A DNA stretch of 64,000 nt, taken from positions 434,001 through 498,000 of the forward strand of contig JANJGN010000102.1 of assembly GCA_026770705.1 (NCBI GenBank), in the 5' to 3' direction. The stretch comes from Isurus oxyrinchus. Its lineage: Eukaryota. Position numbers and translations under genes: made by a program. Shown in pieces: positions 63,161-64,000 of this stretch. Each line of letters begins with the position of its first letter. The first letter of the stretch is position 1. The notes below the pieces were generated by a model. That model saw only the letters and a program-made list of their open reading frames with translations. It had not been told where the DNA came from and ran no database searches.

Positions 63161-64000
63161 GCTTACTTTGTATTTGATAGCGGGTGCCTGAAGTGGATGA
63201 ACACTGGGCTGCCTCAATTGAATGTATGTAAAGTTCACAGAAAGGATTGTGGTTAGTTGAAGATTTAACTCACATTTCTGATAATGAATGTACATGTTTG
63301 CACTTCGTAGCTCTGTGGGGTCAGTAATCTCATTGGAAAATTGAAGCATGATATTACACAATGTGCAAGAATTGAATTTTTAATAAAACGTCAGTAAAAT
63401 TAGCTCAAAATTCATTATTTATGGAATTAACACCACCTCATCACCCGACCCCATTGTGGGACAGGGAGCTAGGGAGGTCCAGTCTGGGTAGCAGCCCTGA
63501 GCAGAGTTGAAACTACAACATTTGCAAGGTTTTCCTCACTGTATCTCGTAGCTTCTGATTTCACTGATCTCTTTGCAACTGGATTAACATCGATTCCAAT
63601 ATAACTCATCTTCGGAGCCGGTTTTTTTTCCAGAGAAGAATCATATCGGACTCGAAACATTAACTCAGTTTCTCACTCCGCATTTGCTAGGCCGGCTGAA
63701 GATTTTCCAGCACTTCCTGTTTTTATTTCAGATTTCCAGGATCCGCAGTATTTTGCTTTTATTCCTTCACAGTCGGTTTGTTCTGCAGGGTTGGGGGCGT
63801 GGGGGGGGGGGGGGGGGGGGGGGGAAGGATAGGAGTTACGCTTCCTTGGAAACCTGCTCAACTCTAATGCGATCACGTGTGTTTAGGCAGGATTATTACC
63901 GGAGACGGAAACATTTGAAGGGTGCCGACATTAATTGCAACCGCATGTGCAGCCACTGAACATTCCGGCGCTATTCCCCTTCAAAGGCAAATCCCGACAG

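Noticed and set aside
63469-63660. Minus-strand ORF as the last exon of a neighbouring gene
   Set aside because: No convincing acceptor or recognisable motif, and it overlaps a Penelope 3' remnant.

Overview
Repeat-rich vertebrate genomic DNA; the LINE/SINE/Penelope types suggest a cartilaginous fish (inference). Most ORF-track entries are repeat noise, and the real genes are small GT-AG exons that I assembled by eye. (1) An apparently intact MHC alpha-chain gene on + (exons 24684-24768, 30787-31035, 32483-32761, 37277-37401, probably 39950-40078; about 288 aa). It has class II domain architecture but a beta-2-microglobulin-like Ig domain, i.e. a W-category WA gene. (2) Head-to-head with it, a beta-chain (WB-type) gene on - with a class I alpha3-like Ig domain and a multi-exon cytoplasmic tail. 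It looks disabled by a frameshifting deletion of about 11 nt in beta2 and a truncated beta1. (3) The 3' half of a second WB-like paralogue on + at the window start, tail-to-tail with gene 2. (4) A complete 6-exon SIT1-like lymphocyte adaptor gene on + (49910-57548). Also present: a young Penelope-like element with target-site duplication and minimal hammerhead-like motif, Harbinger remnants and a MITE, a probable solo LTR, many CR1-group LINE and SINE fragments, several minisatellite families and one assembly gap.
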